Sequence record: OR062945.1
Length of the DNA: 64,000 nt
Direction: 5' to 3' (one strand)
DNA from: Escherichia phage 308Ecol101PP
Part shown: positions 35,078 through 44,246 of the stretch, piece by piece
Layout: each line of letters begins with the position of its first letter
How positions within the stretch are numbered: the first letter of the stretch is position 1
The notes under the pieces: generated by a model
The model's database searches: none
What the model was told of the DNA's origin: nothing
The model's input: the letters and a program-made list of their open reading frames with translations, nothing else
Program-made: the position numbers and the translations under genes

Positions 35078-35812
35078 ATGGAGCTAATCTTTTTAAGTGG
35101 CATCAAACGTAGTGGTAAAGACACTACTGCTGATTACATCAATTCAAACTTTAAATCCGTAAAATACCAATTAGCATATCCAATTAAAGACGCTCTAGCA
35201 ATAGCCTGGGGACGTAGGCATGCTGAAAATCCTGATGTATTCACAGAGTTGAAATACGAATACTTTGAAGGCATTGGATACGACCGTGAAACGCCATTAA
35301 ATCTCAATAAGTTGGATGTTATTGAATTATTGGAAGAAGCGCTAATTTATTTACAAAGTCAATATTTACCAATTAATAATGTTAAAGTATTATCATCGTT
35401 AGAAGGTGGATATTCATATCTAGATATTAAACCATACGAAGCCCTGCGTGAAGCTATAAATAATATCAACGACACATGGTCAATCCGCCGTCTTATGCAA
35501 GCCCTCGGTACGGATGTTGTCGTTAATTTATTTGACCGTATGTATTGGGTTAAACTTTTTGCATTAAATTATATGGATTATATTGGAAGTGATTTCGATT
35601 ACTATGTTGTAACCGATACACGCCAAGTCCATGAAATGGAAACCGCTAGAGCGATGGGTGCTACAGTTATTCATGTGGTTCGCTCTGGTACGGAATCCAC
35701 TGATAAACATATTACAGAAGCTGGGTTGCCTATTGAAGAAGGCGATTTAGTTATTACAAACGACGGCTCTTTAGAAGAGCTTTATTCTAAAATTGAAACA
35801 ATCTTAAGGTAA
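35078..35812 (+). CDS. 1: deoxynucleoside monophosphate kinase gp1
   Basis: 244 aa; MELIFLSGIKRSGKDTTADYI (P-loop) matches T4 gp1. Confidence 0.95.
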   Translation: MELIFLSGIKRSGKDTTADYINSNFKSVKYQLAYPIKDALAIAWGRRHAENPDVFTELKYEYFEGIGYDRETPLNLNKLDVIELLEEALIYLQSQYLPINNVKVLSSLEGGYSYLDIKPYEALREAINNINDTWSIRRLMQALGTDVVVNLFDRMYWVKLFALNYMDYIGSDFDYYVVTDTRQVHEMETARAMGATVIHVVRSGTESTDKHITEAGLPIEEGDLVITNDGSLEELYSKIETILR

Positions 35813-35816
35813 TAAA

Positions 35817-36502
<686 letters not shown>

Positions 36503-36514
36503 TTTAACAAAACA

Positions 36515-36550
36515 GTTTACATAAGGATGATGGCGTGTTACTATCATCCT
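36515..36550 (+). promoter_or_regulatory. early promoter with stem-loop (PeSL-type)
   Basis: GTTTACA, TGTTACTAT -10, inverted repeat AGGATGAT/ATCATCCT. Confidence 0.5.
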
Positions 36551-36578
36551 ATCAAATAAACGACCTCAAGGAAATAAA

Positions 36579-36866
36579 ATGAAAACCTATAAAGAATTTA
36601 TATCACCTGTTGCTAACGTTTCTACTCTGACCGAAGCAACCCTTACTTCCGAAGTTATTAAAGCAAATAAAGGACGTGAGGGTAAACCAATGATTAGTCT
36701 GGTTGACGGCGAAGAAGTAAAAGGTACTGTTTACTTAGGGGATGGATGGTCTGCTAAGAAAGATGGCGCTACTATTGTTATCTCTCCGGCTGAAGAGACT
36801 GCACTGTTTAAAGCTAAGCATATTTCTGTAGCTCAGCTTAAAATTATTGCAAAAACTCTTCTGTAA
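36579..36866 (+). CDS. internal-protein-like protein with capsid-targeting N-terminus
   Basis: 95 aa starting MKTYKEFI...; gp21-type L-x-E site at STLTE. Confidence 0.6.
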   Translation: MKTYKEFISPVANVSTLTEATLTSEVIKANKGREGKPMISLVDGEEVKGTVYLGDGWSAKKDGATIVISPAEETALFKAKHISVAQLKIIAKTLL

Positions 36867-36869
36867 GTA

Positions 36870-36906
36870 GTTTACATGCTGATAGGACTATGTTATAGTA
36901 GTCCTA
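36870..36906 (+). promoter_or_regulatory. early promoter with stem-loop (PeSL-type)
   Basis: GTTTACA, TGTTATAGT, inverted repeat ATAGGACTA/TAGTCCTAT. Confidence 0.5.
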
Positions 36907-36935
36907 TCAAATCAACAACCAAACGGAAAAAACAA

Positions 36936-37199
36936 ATGAAAACGTATAAAGAATTTATCGCTGAATCTCAATCTTCTACTCTGTCAGAGAACTACGAATC
37001 ATTCTCTTACAACAACGACCATGCAATGTTCTACGACCGAAACATCGGTACTTATGTCCATGTATGGGGTGTTAAAGATGGTAACGTAGTTGTTAAGAAA
37101 AACTCTAAAGAAGGCAATGGTCGTGGCCAGGTAAAAATTACCAGCAAGAAAGCTATCCAAGCTTACGTCGATTATGTTAAACGCGAAGCTGGTATTTAA
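36936..37199 (+). CDS. internal-protein-like protein with capsid-targeting N-terminus
   Basis: 87 aa starting MKTYKEFIAE. Confidence 0.6.
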   Translation: MKTYKEFIAESQSSTLSENYESFSYNNDHAMFYDRNIGTYVHVWGVKDGNVVVKKNSKEGNGRGQVKITSKKAIQAYVDYVKREAGI

Positions 37200-37201
37200 T
37201 A

Positions 37202-37239
37202 GTTTACATGATGATAGGACTATGTTATAGTAGTCCTAT
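37202..37239 (+). promoter_or_regulatory. early promoter with stem-loop (PeSL-type)
   Basis: Near-identical copy of the 36870 element. Confidence 0.5.
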
Positions 37240-37261
37240 CAAAACATGAGAGGATAATAAA

Positions 37262-37447
37262 ATGAAACGCGCTGAACTGATTCGTAATGTTGCTGTAGTA
37301 ATTGCTTCAATGGCTTTTAGTTTTTCGATGTTTGTAGGATTCATTTGTGGACTACTGACGACAACTGAAAATTCTATCTCATTGGTAGTAGCATTTCTAA
37401 TCGGCTTAATCGCTATCGTTATGGATAAAATTGCAAAAGGTGAGTAA
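37262..37447 (+). CDS. small hydrophobic membrane protein
   Basis: 61 aa, two hydrophobic segments. Confidence 0.5.
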   Translation: MKRAELIRNVAVVIASMAFSFSMFVGFICGLLTTTENSISLVVAFLIGLIAIVMDKIAKGE

Positions 37448-37448
37448 A

Positions 37449-37811
37449 ATGAAATATCACGTATATGCTGATTTTGAAGCAAATCCTTCTAAAGACCCTG
37501 ATTGTCGTTTGATACGCAGACCATTTGATTCAGCAGCTCAAGCATGGGCTTGGATTAAAACTTGTACTCCTTCTTACACTTTCTTTGAAGTGGTAGACGA
37601 TAACGGAGTTCTGCATCCAGAACCTACAGAAACTATTAATTTCCTTCTGTTTGCTGGTTATGACTGTTATCCTCTTGGTGGTATTGACGACCTTGTTGCT
37701 ACAGGAAAAACTGTTGAGGCTCTTCGCGAAATTTATAAAAACGCAGAAGAAAATTTTGACTGGTATCATATTGTTGATGCTCATACCTTTGAAATGGTGG
37801 AACATTCATGA
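37449..37811 (+). CDS. hypothetical protein
   Basis: 120 aa from ATG after AAGGTGA RBS; ATGA coupling to next ORF. Confidence 0.55.
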   Translation: MKYHVYADFEANPSKDPDCRLIRRPFDSAAQAWAWIKTCTPSYTFFEVVDDNGVLHPEPTETINFLLFAGYDCYPLGGIDDLVATGKTVEALREIYKNAEENFDWYHIVDAHTFEMVEHS

Positions 37812-38098
37812 TTCTTTATGCTAAAGTATCGTCCATTGAGAATGGATATGAAAGCGATCAACGTGCAGCTAAAGCACTAGTTGATGACTACGGTATTCTG
37901 ACTAACTTTGAGGTTGAAAAGGTTTATATCGACCGTTCATCTTCGCAAGTTAAATTACTCTGTGAAGACGATAAATTTAACACAGTTAACTTTGATTTCT
38001 TTATTGAAACAGAAAAAGGCCCTCTTGAATATGATATTTTCAAGAATCCTTTGAAATTACGTTGCATTGAATATAATTACATTAATATGGTACGGTGA
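37808..38098 (+). CDS. hypothetical protein
   Basis: 96-aa ORF. Confidence 0.5.
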   Translation: MILYAKVSSIENGYESDQRAAKALVDDYGILTNFEVEKVYIDRSSSQVKLLCEDDKFNTVNFDFFIETEKGPLEYDIFKNPLKLRCIEYNYINMVR

Positions 38099-38102
38099 GT
38101 AA

Positions 38103-38618
38103 ATGAATATTTGTTTAGGCAGTACAATTCCTAAGGGTTACGTAATTGATGTCACTACTTGGGAAAATGACGGCGACAACTATAAAACCAAAACATTATT
38201 TGGTGTAGAAGAGCATGAGCTCCAACAGTTTAAATATCTCTTAAAGAAATTTAAGAGCCGTCATTCCAGCACTAAAGCTGAACGTTACTGTGGTAATACA
38301 CTATTCAGTGATTGTTCGCTTTTAATCTATGAATACTTGGTTGAAGGACTGTTCTCAGACCAGCTTTATCCAGAATTCATTAAAAAGGTCTTTGGTATCG
38401 AAGTTGACCTTGGTGACAAATCCGAAGAAGATGAAACACGTGTATTCGACCTATTCTTTGAGAGCGGAGATGAGATATCTCAAGGACTTATTGATATTCT
38501 TGGCTATGCTTCCGAATACTATGATTACGATTTCTTGCGTGTAGTTGAACGTGTTGAATTCGCTTATATTGAAGAAGAAATTGTTTTGCCGACTGTTAAA
38601 ATGATTGATTTGCTTTAA
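38103..38618 (+). CDS. hypothetical protein
   Basis: 171-aa ORF. Confidence 0.55.
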   Translation: MNICLGSTIPKGYVIDVTTWENDGDNYKTKTLFGVEEHELQQFKYLLKKFKSRHSSTKAERYCGNTLFSDCSLLIYEYLVEGLFSDQLYPEFIKKVFGIEVDLGDKSEEDETRVFDLFFESGDEISQGLIDILGYASEYYDYDFLRVVERVEFAYIEEEIVLPTVKMIDLL

Positions 38619-38697
38619 GAATTATGTGTTATTATTAATTCATACCCTCTATTACCAAAGGTGCTCTAAAGTGCCTTTCATAATAGAAAGTTATTAA

Positions 38698-38772
38698 GGC
38701 CCTGTAGCTCAATGGGAGAGCTGTCAGCTCATAACTGATAGGTAGCTGGATCGAAACCAGCCAGGGTCACCA
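38698..38772 (+). tRNA. tRNA with CAT anticodon (Met or lysidine-type Ile), encoded CCA
   Basis: Hand-folded cloverleaf: acceptor GGCCCTG/CAGGGTC, D stem GCTC/GAGC, anticodon stem GTCAG/CTGAT with loop CTCATAA, T stem GCTGG/CCAGC. Confidence 0.85.
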
Positions 38773-38775
38773 ATT

Positions 38776-38852
<77 letters not shown>

Positions 38853-38870
38853 ACTTCAAGTGAGGAAAAT

Positions 38871-39215
38871 ATGAAAGGCAATATTTATTTGGTAGTTCAT
38901 GATTTAACGTTTTATTTTAACGAACAGGATACAGTTATTTCCGACCGGTTGATTAATTCGTTATATCAACACGCTGATTACGTTTATTTTCAAAATGAAT
39001 TCGGACATTGGAAGTTTCTTAAAAACCGTTCCGGGTTAACTAGTTTTGAATACTTTGACCGTAAAGACCTTTTAAACGAAATTCCATTACAACATCGGTT
39101 CCAGAAACGCGAATCACTATACTATTGTCGCCATATACCAAATGCTGAATGTGTTTATGAAGCGATTAATCTATGGCGTAGACGTAGAGAGCAAATTGAT
39201 GATATGCCAAAATAA
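38871..39215 (+). CDS. hypothetical protein
   Basis: 114 aa from ATG after GAGGAAA RBS. Confidence 0.55.
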   Translation: MKGNIYLVVHDLTFYFNEQDTVISDRLINSLYQHADYVYFQNEFGHWKFLKNRSGLTSFEYFDRKDLLNEIPLQHRFQKRESLYYCRHIPNAECVYEAINLWRRRREQIDDMPK

Positions 39216-39518
39216 GAAGCCGGGTCGCTACCGGCAAGTCGTCGGACTGATGTTCCCTGAGTAAGGACTGGTCTTAATAAATCTTTATGATTTGTTAATA
39301 TCCCCTTACATCACAGCAGAAACGGCGCAAAGAATTATCGATTCGAGGAAATATCTTTGCCGTAAGCCGAGTAGCGTTTTTGACGGAACGTTCGGATATG
39401 GTCGAGATATGGCCTTTTAAAAATATTGAGTAGCGTCAACTGCTTAATAACCGGGTTCGAATCCCGGCGTTTCGTACAAACACTTGCCTTAGTAGGTGGA
39501 AACCCCGACAAGGTATAT

Positions 39519-39548
39519 AGCCCCTTCCGAAAGGTTGGGGCTTTTTTG
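39519..39548 (+). terminator. rho-independent terminator (module A)
   Basis: AGCCCCTTCC-gaaa-GGTTGGGGCT followed by TTTTT. Confidence 0.6.
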
Positions 39549-39556
39549 TATAAATA
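39549..39556 (+). promoter_or_regulatory. late promoter
   Basis: TATAAATA 36 nt upstream of ATG at 39592. Confidence 0.45.
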
Positions 39557-39591
39557 TAGTAAACAATAAACCTACTTTCTAAGGACCATCA

Positions 39592-40218
39592 ATGTATACT
39601 TTTAATGAATTTTTAGCCGAAACGGAAGTAATCACCGAAGCCGGTGTACGTATGACAAAAGAGAAATGGCAAGCTGCTTACGATGCTATTTCTGGTACAA
39701 AAACTAGTACAGAGTTTTTCAAAAACGTTCAAGCCATGTATGGTATCGACACTTCCAGCCAAAAAGAATATTACAGAGCTTCTAAAGCATTCAAAGATAT
39801 TGTTAGTGGCGGTGTTTCTGCTAAATCGGGTTCGCCTAAAGTAAAACCTGCTCCTACCGTTCCTAAACCTGCGACCCCTAAAGCAATAGCAAAACCTGAG
39901 CCTAAGCCGGAAGTAAAAGCAACTCCTAAAGCTCCTGCTCTTAAGTTTGATACTTCTAGCCTGGAAAAAAAATATAAACAACTATCTTCGCTTGTTCGTG
40001 ATATTGAATCCGATACATCTTCACTCGTTCGTGAATTCAACAGTCTTCGTAATGGCCAACATATCAACAACCTTGATACCCCAGACCTTTATCGTCTTTA
40101 TTTGACTATTGAAGGTTTGAAGTACACTCAACCACTTCATGATGAGATTAAAGAAAAACTTCGTCAGGCAGGTCGTTTGGCTGCTGACGCTGCTCAGTAT
40201 GCAAAAACTCGTAAGTAA
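39592..40218 (+). CDS. internal-protein-like protein, Pro/Lys-rich central repeat
   Basis: 208 aa starting MYTFNEFLAE; KPAPTVPKPATPKAIAKPEPKPEVKATPKAP. Confidence 0.5.
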   Translation: MYTFNEFLAETEVITEAGVRMTKEKWQAAYDAISGTKTSTEFFKNVQAMYGIDTSSQKEYYRASKAFKDIVSGGVSAKSGSPKVKPAPTVPKPATPKAIAKPEPKPEVKATPKAPALKFDTSSLEKKYKQLSSLVRDIESDTSSLVREFNSLRNGQHINNLDTPDLYRLYLTIEGLKYTQPLHDEIKEKLRQAGRLAADAAQYAKTRK

Positions 40219-40223
40219 AGAAT

Positions 40224-40245
40224 GGGGACTTCGGTCCCCTTTAGG
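40224..40245 (+). terminator. rho-independent terminator (module B)
   Basis: GGGGAC-ttcg-GTCCCC followed by TTTAGGGGG. Confidence 0.55.
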
Positions 40246-40270
40246 GGGTCTATAACTTACTGAAAAAGTT

Positions 40271-40307
40271 GTTTACTTCTTCCCTAGATGTGTTACTATA
40301 GTCCTAT
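40271..40307 (+). promoter_or_regulatory. early promoter (PeSL-type)
   Basis: GTTTACTTCT...TGTTACTATAGTCCTAT...GAGGAG. Confidence 0.5.
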
Positions 40308-40327
40308 TAAAACATGAGGAGAATATT

Positions 40328-40831
40328 ATGAGTCTTTACACTGAACTGAATAAAAAATCTGAAGAATCCGCTGAAACTATTTTTAAAAACGTGCAAAAGC
40401 GTATTTTAGAAAAGATGTATAACACTGCAGCTAAAGGTGAAAAATCTTGCCGGTTTCCGATGAGGTGTTCTTCCGATTTATGCGCAAATACTATTGAATG
40501 GCTGGAAAGTGAAGGTCTTACGGTAGAGAAAAACCCGGCGTCTTCTATTGACAGTGAATCATATATTAGTATTTCTTGGGATAAATCAAGGGTAGAAGAG
40601 AAAGATGGTGATTGGGTTGTAGATGTTAAAACTTCTGATGGCGGACGTTCTGTTGAAGTTTCAGCTGTAGTTAAAGGTACCCACGAACAAAGGACTTGGG
40701 GATGGGGTGGTGAAGAAAAAGAAATTGTTCTTAGTGTGATTGCCAGGTCAACTAGTAATAAAATTGCACAAAGCATCATTGACGCTGCAATTGCTGAAGC
40801 AGAAAAAATTTGCAAAATTAAAAATAAATGA
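40328..40831 (+). CDS. hypothetical protein
   Basis: 167-aa ORF. Confidence 0.55.
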   Translation: MSLYTELNKKSEESAETIFKNVQKRILEKMYNTAAKGEKSCRFPMRCSSDLCANTIEWLESEGLTVEKNPASSIDSESYISISWDKSRVEEKDGDWVVDVKTSDGGRSVEVSAVVKGTHEQRTWGWGGEEKEIVLSVIARSTSNKIAQSIIDAAIAEAEKICKIKNK

Positions 40832-40889
40832 TGTACAAACGCCAAGGACGGTGTTACTATAGACCTATCAACTACAGAGGAGAAACAAA

Positions 40890-41117
40890 ATGGCTACAGT
40901 TAGTATTGATGTCGTTGATTATGAATACACCGAAGAAGTTATTCGCAGCCGTCACCCTGAAGTTCGTATCGATTCAGTCCAAGATTCCAAGTTTTGGACA
41001 ACCGAGCTTAATCTGAGTGGTCCTTATGAAGCTGTTAAGAAGTTCATGGTTGAAGAATACTGCGAAGGCATGCACCCCGAAGACGCCGAGTTTTATGTCA
41101 ATTTGATTAAAAAATAA
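40890..41117 (+). CDS. hypothetical protein
   Basis: 75-aa ORF after promoter-like TGTACAAAC...TACTAT and AGAGGAG RBS. Confidence 0.5.
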   Translation: MATVSIDVVDYEYTEEVIRSRHPEVRIDSVQDSKFWTTELNLSGPYEAVKKFMVEEYCEGMHPEDAEFYVNLIKK

Positions 41118-41152
41118 TTTACAAACTCTTGAGAGCAGAGTATAATGCTCTC
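41117..41152 (+). promoter_or_regulatory. early promoter with stem-loop
   Basis: ATTTACA, 17-nt spacer, TATAAT inside inverted repeat GAGAGCA/TGCTCTC. Confidence 0.5.
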
Positions 41153-41187
41153 GTTGGATAATAAACCACCAATTGAAAGGTAATAAT

Positions 41188-41781
41188 ATGAACACACTGA
41201 AGAAACTTGTTGAATTCATCCGCACTAAACTTGGTACTGCTATGGCTAAAAATCTGACTGTCGAAGAACAGTATAACGCAGCTGCAGATAAGTTGATTAC
41301 CCAAATCAAAGAACTAAAAACGGCTTCTGTTAAATCTATTAATGAAGAAAAACGTATTCGCGAACTTGTTATTGAAAAGAATAAGCAAGCCGCTTCTAAG
41401 GAACGTGAAATTCGTAAGCTCTTGGCTGAAGGACAAGATGTTACCATGCATGCCAAGCTTGGTCTTCTGTATCGTCGAACTGCCGAACAACTTAATACAA
41501 AAGCTGACGGGTACGCTGCTATGCGAATTGAAATTGCTCGTAAGGTGGTTGAACTTGATGATGCTCGTCAGAACCTGGCAATCAAACTCGAATACATTCG
41601 TGAAACTCGAGCAGCCAATGCCCTTGGTATCTCTACGGCTGATGATGTAATTGAAATCGCTGCACTGACTAAGGTTGATATCGAAGACACTCTGACTCGT
41701 GTTGAAACGTTCAATGGCACTCCAGCTGGTGTCGAAACCACTTCTGCTGATGTACAAGAATATATTAACTCTTTGAAATAA
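41188..41781 (+). CDS. coiled-coil protein
   Basis: 197 aa, heptad-rich. Confidence 0.5.
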   Translation: MNTLKKLVEFIRTKLGTAMAKNLTVEEQYNAAADKLITQIKELKTASVKSINEEKRIRELVIEKNKQAASKEREIRKLLAEGQDVTMHAKLGLLYRRTAEQLNTKADGYAAMRIEIARKVVELDDARQNLAIKLEYIRETRAANALGISTADDVIEIAALTKVDIEDTLTRVETFNGTPAGVETTSADVQEYINSLK

Positions 41782-41789
41782 AATAATAC

Positions 41790-41812
41790 GGAGGACTCCG
41801 GTCCTCCTTTTG
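41790..41812 (+). terminator. rho-independent terminator
   Basis: GGAGGAC-tccg-GTCCTCC followed by TTTT. Confidence 0.6.
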
Positions 41813-41830
41813 GATAATAAAGGAGTTAAC

Positions 41831-42427
41831 ATGCGAAACCAAAATAATGATATTGACTCAATGTTCGAAGAGTTCCGAGATAAGGTAAATCCACCTACGT
41901 CTTTAGTTGATTCATTACGATATGTTGCAACTGGACGTAAATGGTACTGGTCGTCTTCTTATGAGACAACTGAATATGCAAATAACCGAAAATCTTTATT
42001 AGCCCCAGGTATTATGATTCATGATATCGGAGCTATTGCTAAACTAGTTGCAGACCATGATATTAGATTCACTGATTTCATTGCTCCTACGTGGTCTGTT
42101 TGTTGTTTAAACACTGAATGGGACTACATCAGTGAACGTTCAGATGATTACGTAGGCTTTAGAGATAAGCTCTTAAGGTCTAACATGTTTTATATCGATA
42201 CAGAAGTTCTAGTCGATAATAAAAAATATTACTTTACGTTAATCGTCGATTCTGAAACTATGTATGAAGGCAAGCCTTTGCTTAAAAGAGTTGATGCTTT
42301 AAGTGCTATTGATGCGCTTTATGAAACTATGGTTGTTAGTCCTAATTTCACTAACAATTTAATCCTTGAGCAATTTATTATGGAATGTAGAGAATATGTC
42401 AAAGCCAACCCTATACATGCCAATTAA
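41831..42427 (+). CDS. hypothetical protein carrying FIMECRE junction motif near C-terminus
   Basis: 198 aa from ATG after AAGGAG RBS. Confidence 0.55.
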   Translation: MRNQNNDIDSMFEEFRDKVNPPTSLVDSLRYVATGRKWYWSSSYETTEYANNRKSLLAPGIMIHDIGAIAKLVADHDIRFTDFIAPTWSVCCLNTEWDYISERSDDYVGFRDKLLRSNMFYIDTEVLVDNKKYYFTLIVDSETMYEGKPLLKRVDALSAIDALYETMVVSPNFTNNLILEQFIMECREYVKANPIHAN

Positions 42428-42791
42428 GCCCTGGGCATACGAATACAAACGTAAATTAATTCCTAATGAAGTGTTGTTTGGTCCTATTTTAGCTTTAGCA
42501 TTTTTAATCTTTATGATTATAGGAGCTATTTTAGATTCCAATAAAGTTATATCGTCTGATGCAGCATTTTCATTAATGTTCGTCGCACCACTTATTGTAC
42601 CGTTTTTATTAATGCCTATTAATTGGGTAGGATATTGGCACCAAGGCCGTCATCACAGAGCCCGATTAAGAGAATGGAAAGTTCAGTGCGCAAAAGCCCA
42701 AGCTCAATATGATGAAGCTGTTAAAAAGTATGAATATGAAGAAGCTATGGAATTCGTTAAGGAAATAAGATGCAAAAGCCTCAACTCTTAA
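42396..42791 (+). CDS. small membrane protein with conserved C-terminal tail
   Basis: 131 aa, hydrophobic segments, ends EFVKEIRCKSLNS. Confidence 0.5.
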   Translation: MSKPTLYMPIKPWAYEYKRKLIPNEVLFGPILALAFLIFMIIGAILDSNKVISSDAAFSLMFVAPLIVPFLLMPINWVGYWHQGRHHRARLREWKVQCAKAQAQYDEAVKKYEYEEAMEFVKEIRCKSLNS

Positions 42792-43129
42792 CCGTATGGC
42801 CGTCTCTTGGTGAGAACATTCTAATTTTTATTATGAGTATTGGCATGGGATTTGCCTTTGGATTAGTTGGATTTCTTATTGACGGAGTTGTGTTAGGATT
42901 TATAGGGAATACAGGTGGATTCACAGACCAATGGCAGGACCTAAGATACACCCAAGCTTTTGCATCTATCGCATCATTTTGTACTGTAGTCTATTTTTAC
43001 TACGATTTTATAAACCATAACAAGAAAAATAAAAAGGTTTACGCTTCTCAAATGATTAGTTATAATGAACTCCTAGCTAGACGTGAAAATGAAACAATAG
43101 AAAACTTTATTAAGGAATGTAGAAAATGA
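42770..43129 (+). CDS. small membrane protein with conserved C-terminal tail
   Basis: 119 aa, ends ENFIKECRK. Confidence 0.55.
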   Translation: MQKPQLLTVWPSLGENILIFIMSIGMGFAFGLVGFLIDGVVLGFIGNTGGFTDQWQDLRYTQAFASIASFCTVVYFYYDFINHNKKNKKVYASQMISYNELLARRENETIENFIKECRK

Positions 43130-43431
43130 GTAAGATTATTGAAATTAAAGTACCAGAGTTTAATGATGCTAAATCCGCTTCAGATGCAATTTATAAACTT
43201 CTGAATCAAGCTGAACGTATCGAAGAAGAAGCAACAAAGATCGCGGACCAATATGCTGTATCATTTTCTGTAGGTGATTATGGTAGCGGTCGTACTTATT
43301 ATCCTAAGGGTGAAATTGTATCCCAGTGGATGAAAGATGAAATTGAAAATAATGGTGGTGATGTTAAACGTGAAGGTAATGGTTACGTTATTACTGAAGG
43401 TGCTTGGGTTTCGTCTTCTGCGATGTGCTAA
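43126..43431 (+). CDS. hypothetical protein, member 1 of tandem trio
   Basis: 101 aa, C-terminus GAWVSSSAMC. Confidence 0.55.
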   Translation: MSKIIEIKVPEFNDAKSASDAIYKLLNQAERIEEEATKIADQYAVSFSVGDYGSGRTYYPKGEIVSQWMKDEIENNGGDVKREGNGYVITEGAWVSSSAMC

Positions 43432-43440
43432 GGAATCATT

Positions 43441-43713
43441 ATGTCTAAAGAACAAACCGAACTGGCTGAAGCCGTAGCAAAAATCTATGCAGCTATTGAG
43501 GCTGCCAAAGAAATTGCTGATAAACAAAACACAACATTCAACTTGTATCCAGCTTATGGTATGGGTGGAACCTATCATTCACCCGGACAACTTAAAGCCG
43601 ATCTTGAACGTTGTACAAAAAACGGCTATGCCGAATGGGCTGACGTTTACCAATACGACTACAACCTGAGCCTCGAAACTGGTGGTTGGATTGCATCTTC
43701 TCACACTTGCTAA
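43441..43713 (+). CDS. hypothetical protein, member 2 of tandem trio
   Basis: 90 aa, C-terminus GGWIASSHTC. Confidence 0.55.
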   Translation: MSKEQTELAEAVAKIYAAIEAAKEIADKQNTTFNLYPAYGMGGTYHSPGQLKADLERCTKNGYAEWADVYQYDYNLSLETGGWIASSHTC

Positions 43714-43722
43714 GGAAACCAT

Positions 43723-43920
43723 ATGTCTCGTGAATTAGATTGTGCTGTACGTACGGCAGTAGCTGCTCTGGAAAACCTGTTCCAAATTGCAACAGAAGAA
43801 CGCGAAGAAGTTACATTGTGGATTGAAGATAACGCAGGTCTGAATCTCCAGGACGCGATCTCATTATCCAATAATAGCATTACTGTTCAAGGCTGGGTAT
43901 CATCTAGTTATTCTTGCTAA
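43723..43920 (+). CDS. hypothetical protein, member 3 of tandem trio
   Basis: 65 aa, C-terminus QGWVSSSYSC. Confidence 0.55.
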   Translation: MSRELDCAVRTAVAALENLFQIATEEREEVTLWIEDNAGLNLQDAISLSNNSITVQGWVSSSYSC

Positions 43921-43924
43921 AACA

Positions 43925-43962
43925 GTTTACAACAAGATAGGGCTATGTTATAGTAGTCCTAT
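43925..43962 (+). promoter_or_regulatory. early promoter with stem-loop (PeSL-type)
   Basis: GTTTACA, TGTTATAGT, ATAGGGCTA/TAGTCCTAT. Confidence 0.5.
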
Positions 43963-43982
43963 CAAATTAAATGGAGTCCACA

Positions 43983-44222
43983 ATGATTTATTACGAAAGT
44001 ATCGGAACCAAAGTGGTTGGTAAAACCATTACTCGCGAAAAGTTTGCAAAGATATTCGATATGCGTTATAAAAAATCTGAACACAAAGGCATCCGATTCG
44101 AAGATGCGCACTGTACAATTTGTCCTTATAATGAAGACATAAACGGTACAATCGTTCCATTGGTAGAGGCTTCACATGATGACCTCTGGGATGAATATAA
44201 TATCGCATGTCGTGAAATTTAA
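43983..44222 (+). CDS. hypothetical protein
   Basis: 79 aa from ATG after TGGAG RBS. Confidence 0.5.
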   Translation: MIYYESIGTKVVGKTITREKFAKIFDMRYKKSEHKGIRFEDAHCTICPYNEDINGTIVPLVEASHDDLWDEYNIACREI

Positions 44223-44246
44223 GTTAATTAATCCGAGGAAAATATT

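Noticed and set aside
36876-36935. N-terminal extensions of several ORF-track entries (for example MLIGLCYSSPIK at 36876, MESTM at 43971, MSEWRYK at 45262, MSKLENK at 58836)
   Set aside because: The extensions read through the promoter inverted repeat, and the real start is the ATG that follows the GAGGAG/TGGAG RBS. Several listed starts are TTG/GTG codons upstream of a better ATG.
37225-37811. Minus-strand ORFs 37225-37482 and 37530-37805
   Set aside because: Antisense to plus-strand ORFs that have RBSs and a promoter; no signals of their own.
39384-39478. Third tRNA ending at the CCGGG-TTCGAAT-CCCGG T-arm
   Set aside because: An acceptor pairing (CGGAACG/CGTTTCG) can be drawn, but no 5-bp anticodon stem with a 7-nt loop exists in between and the 3' end is ACA rather than CCA. 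Kept only as a possible small RNA.
41188-41781. PspA/IM30-like identity for the 197-aa coiled-coil protein
   Set aside because: The resemblance is only heptad-repeat composition; no specific conserved motif could be aligned by eye.
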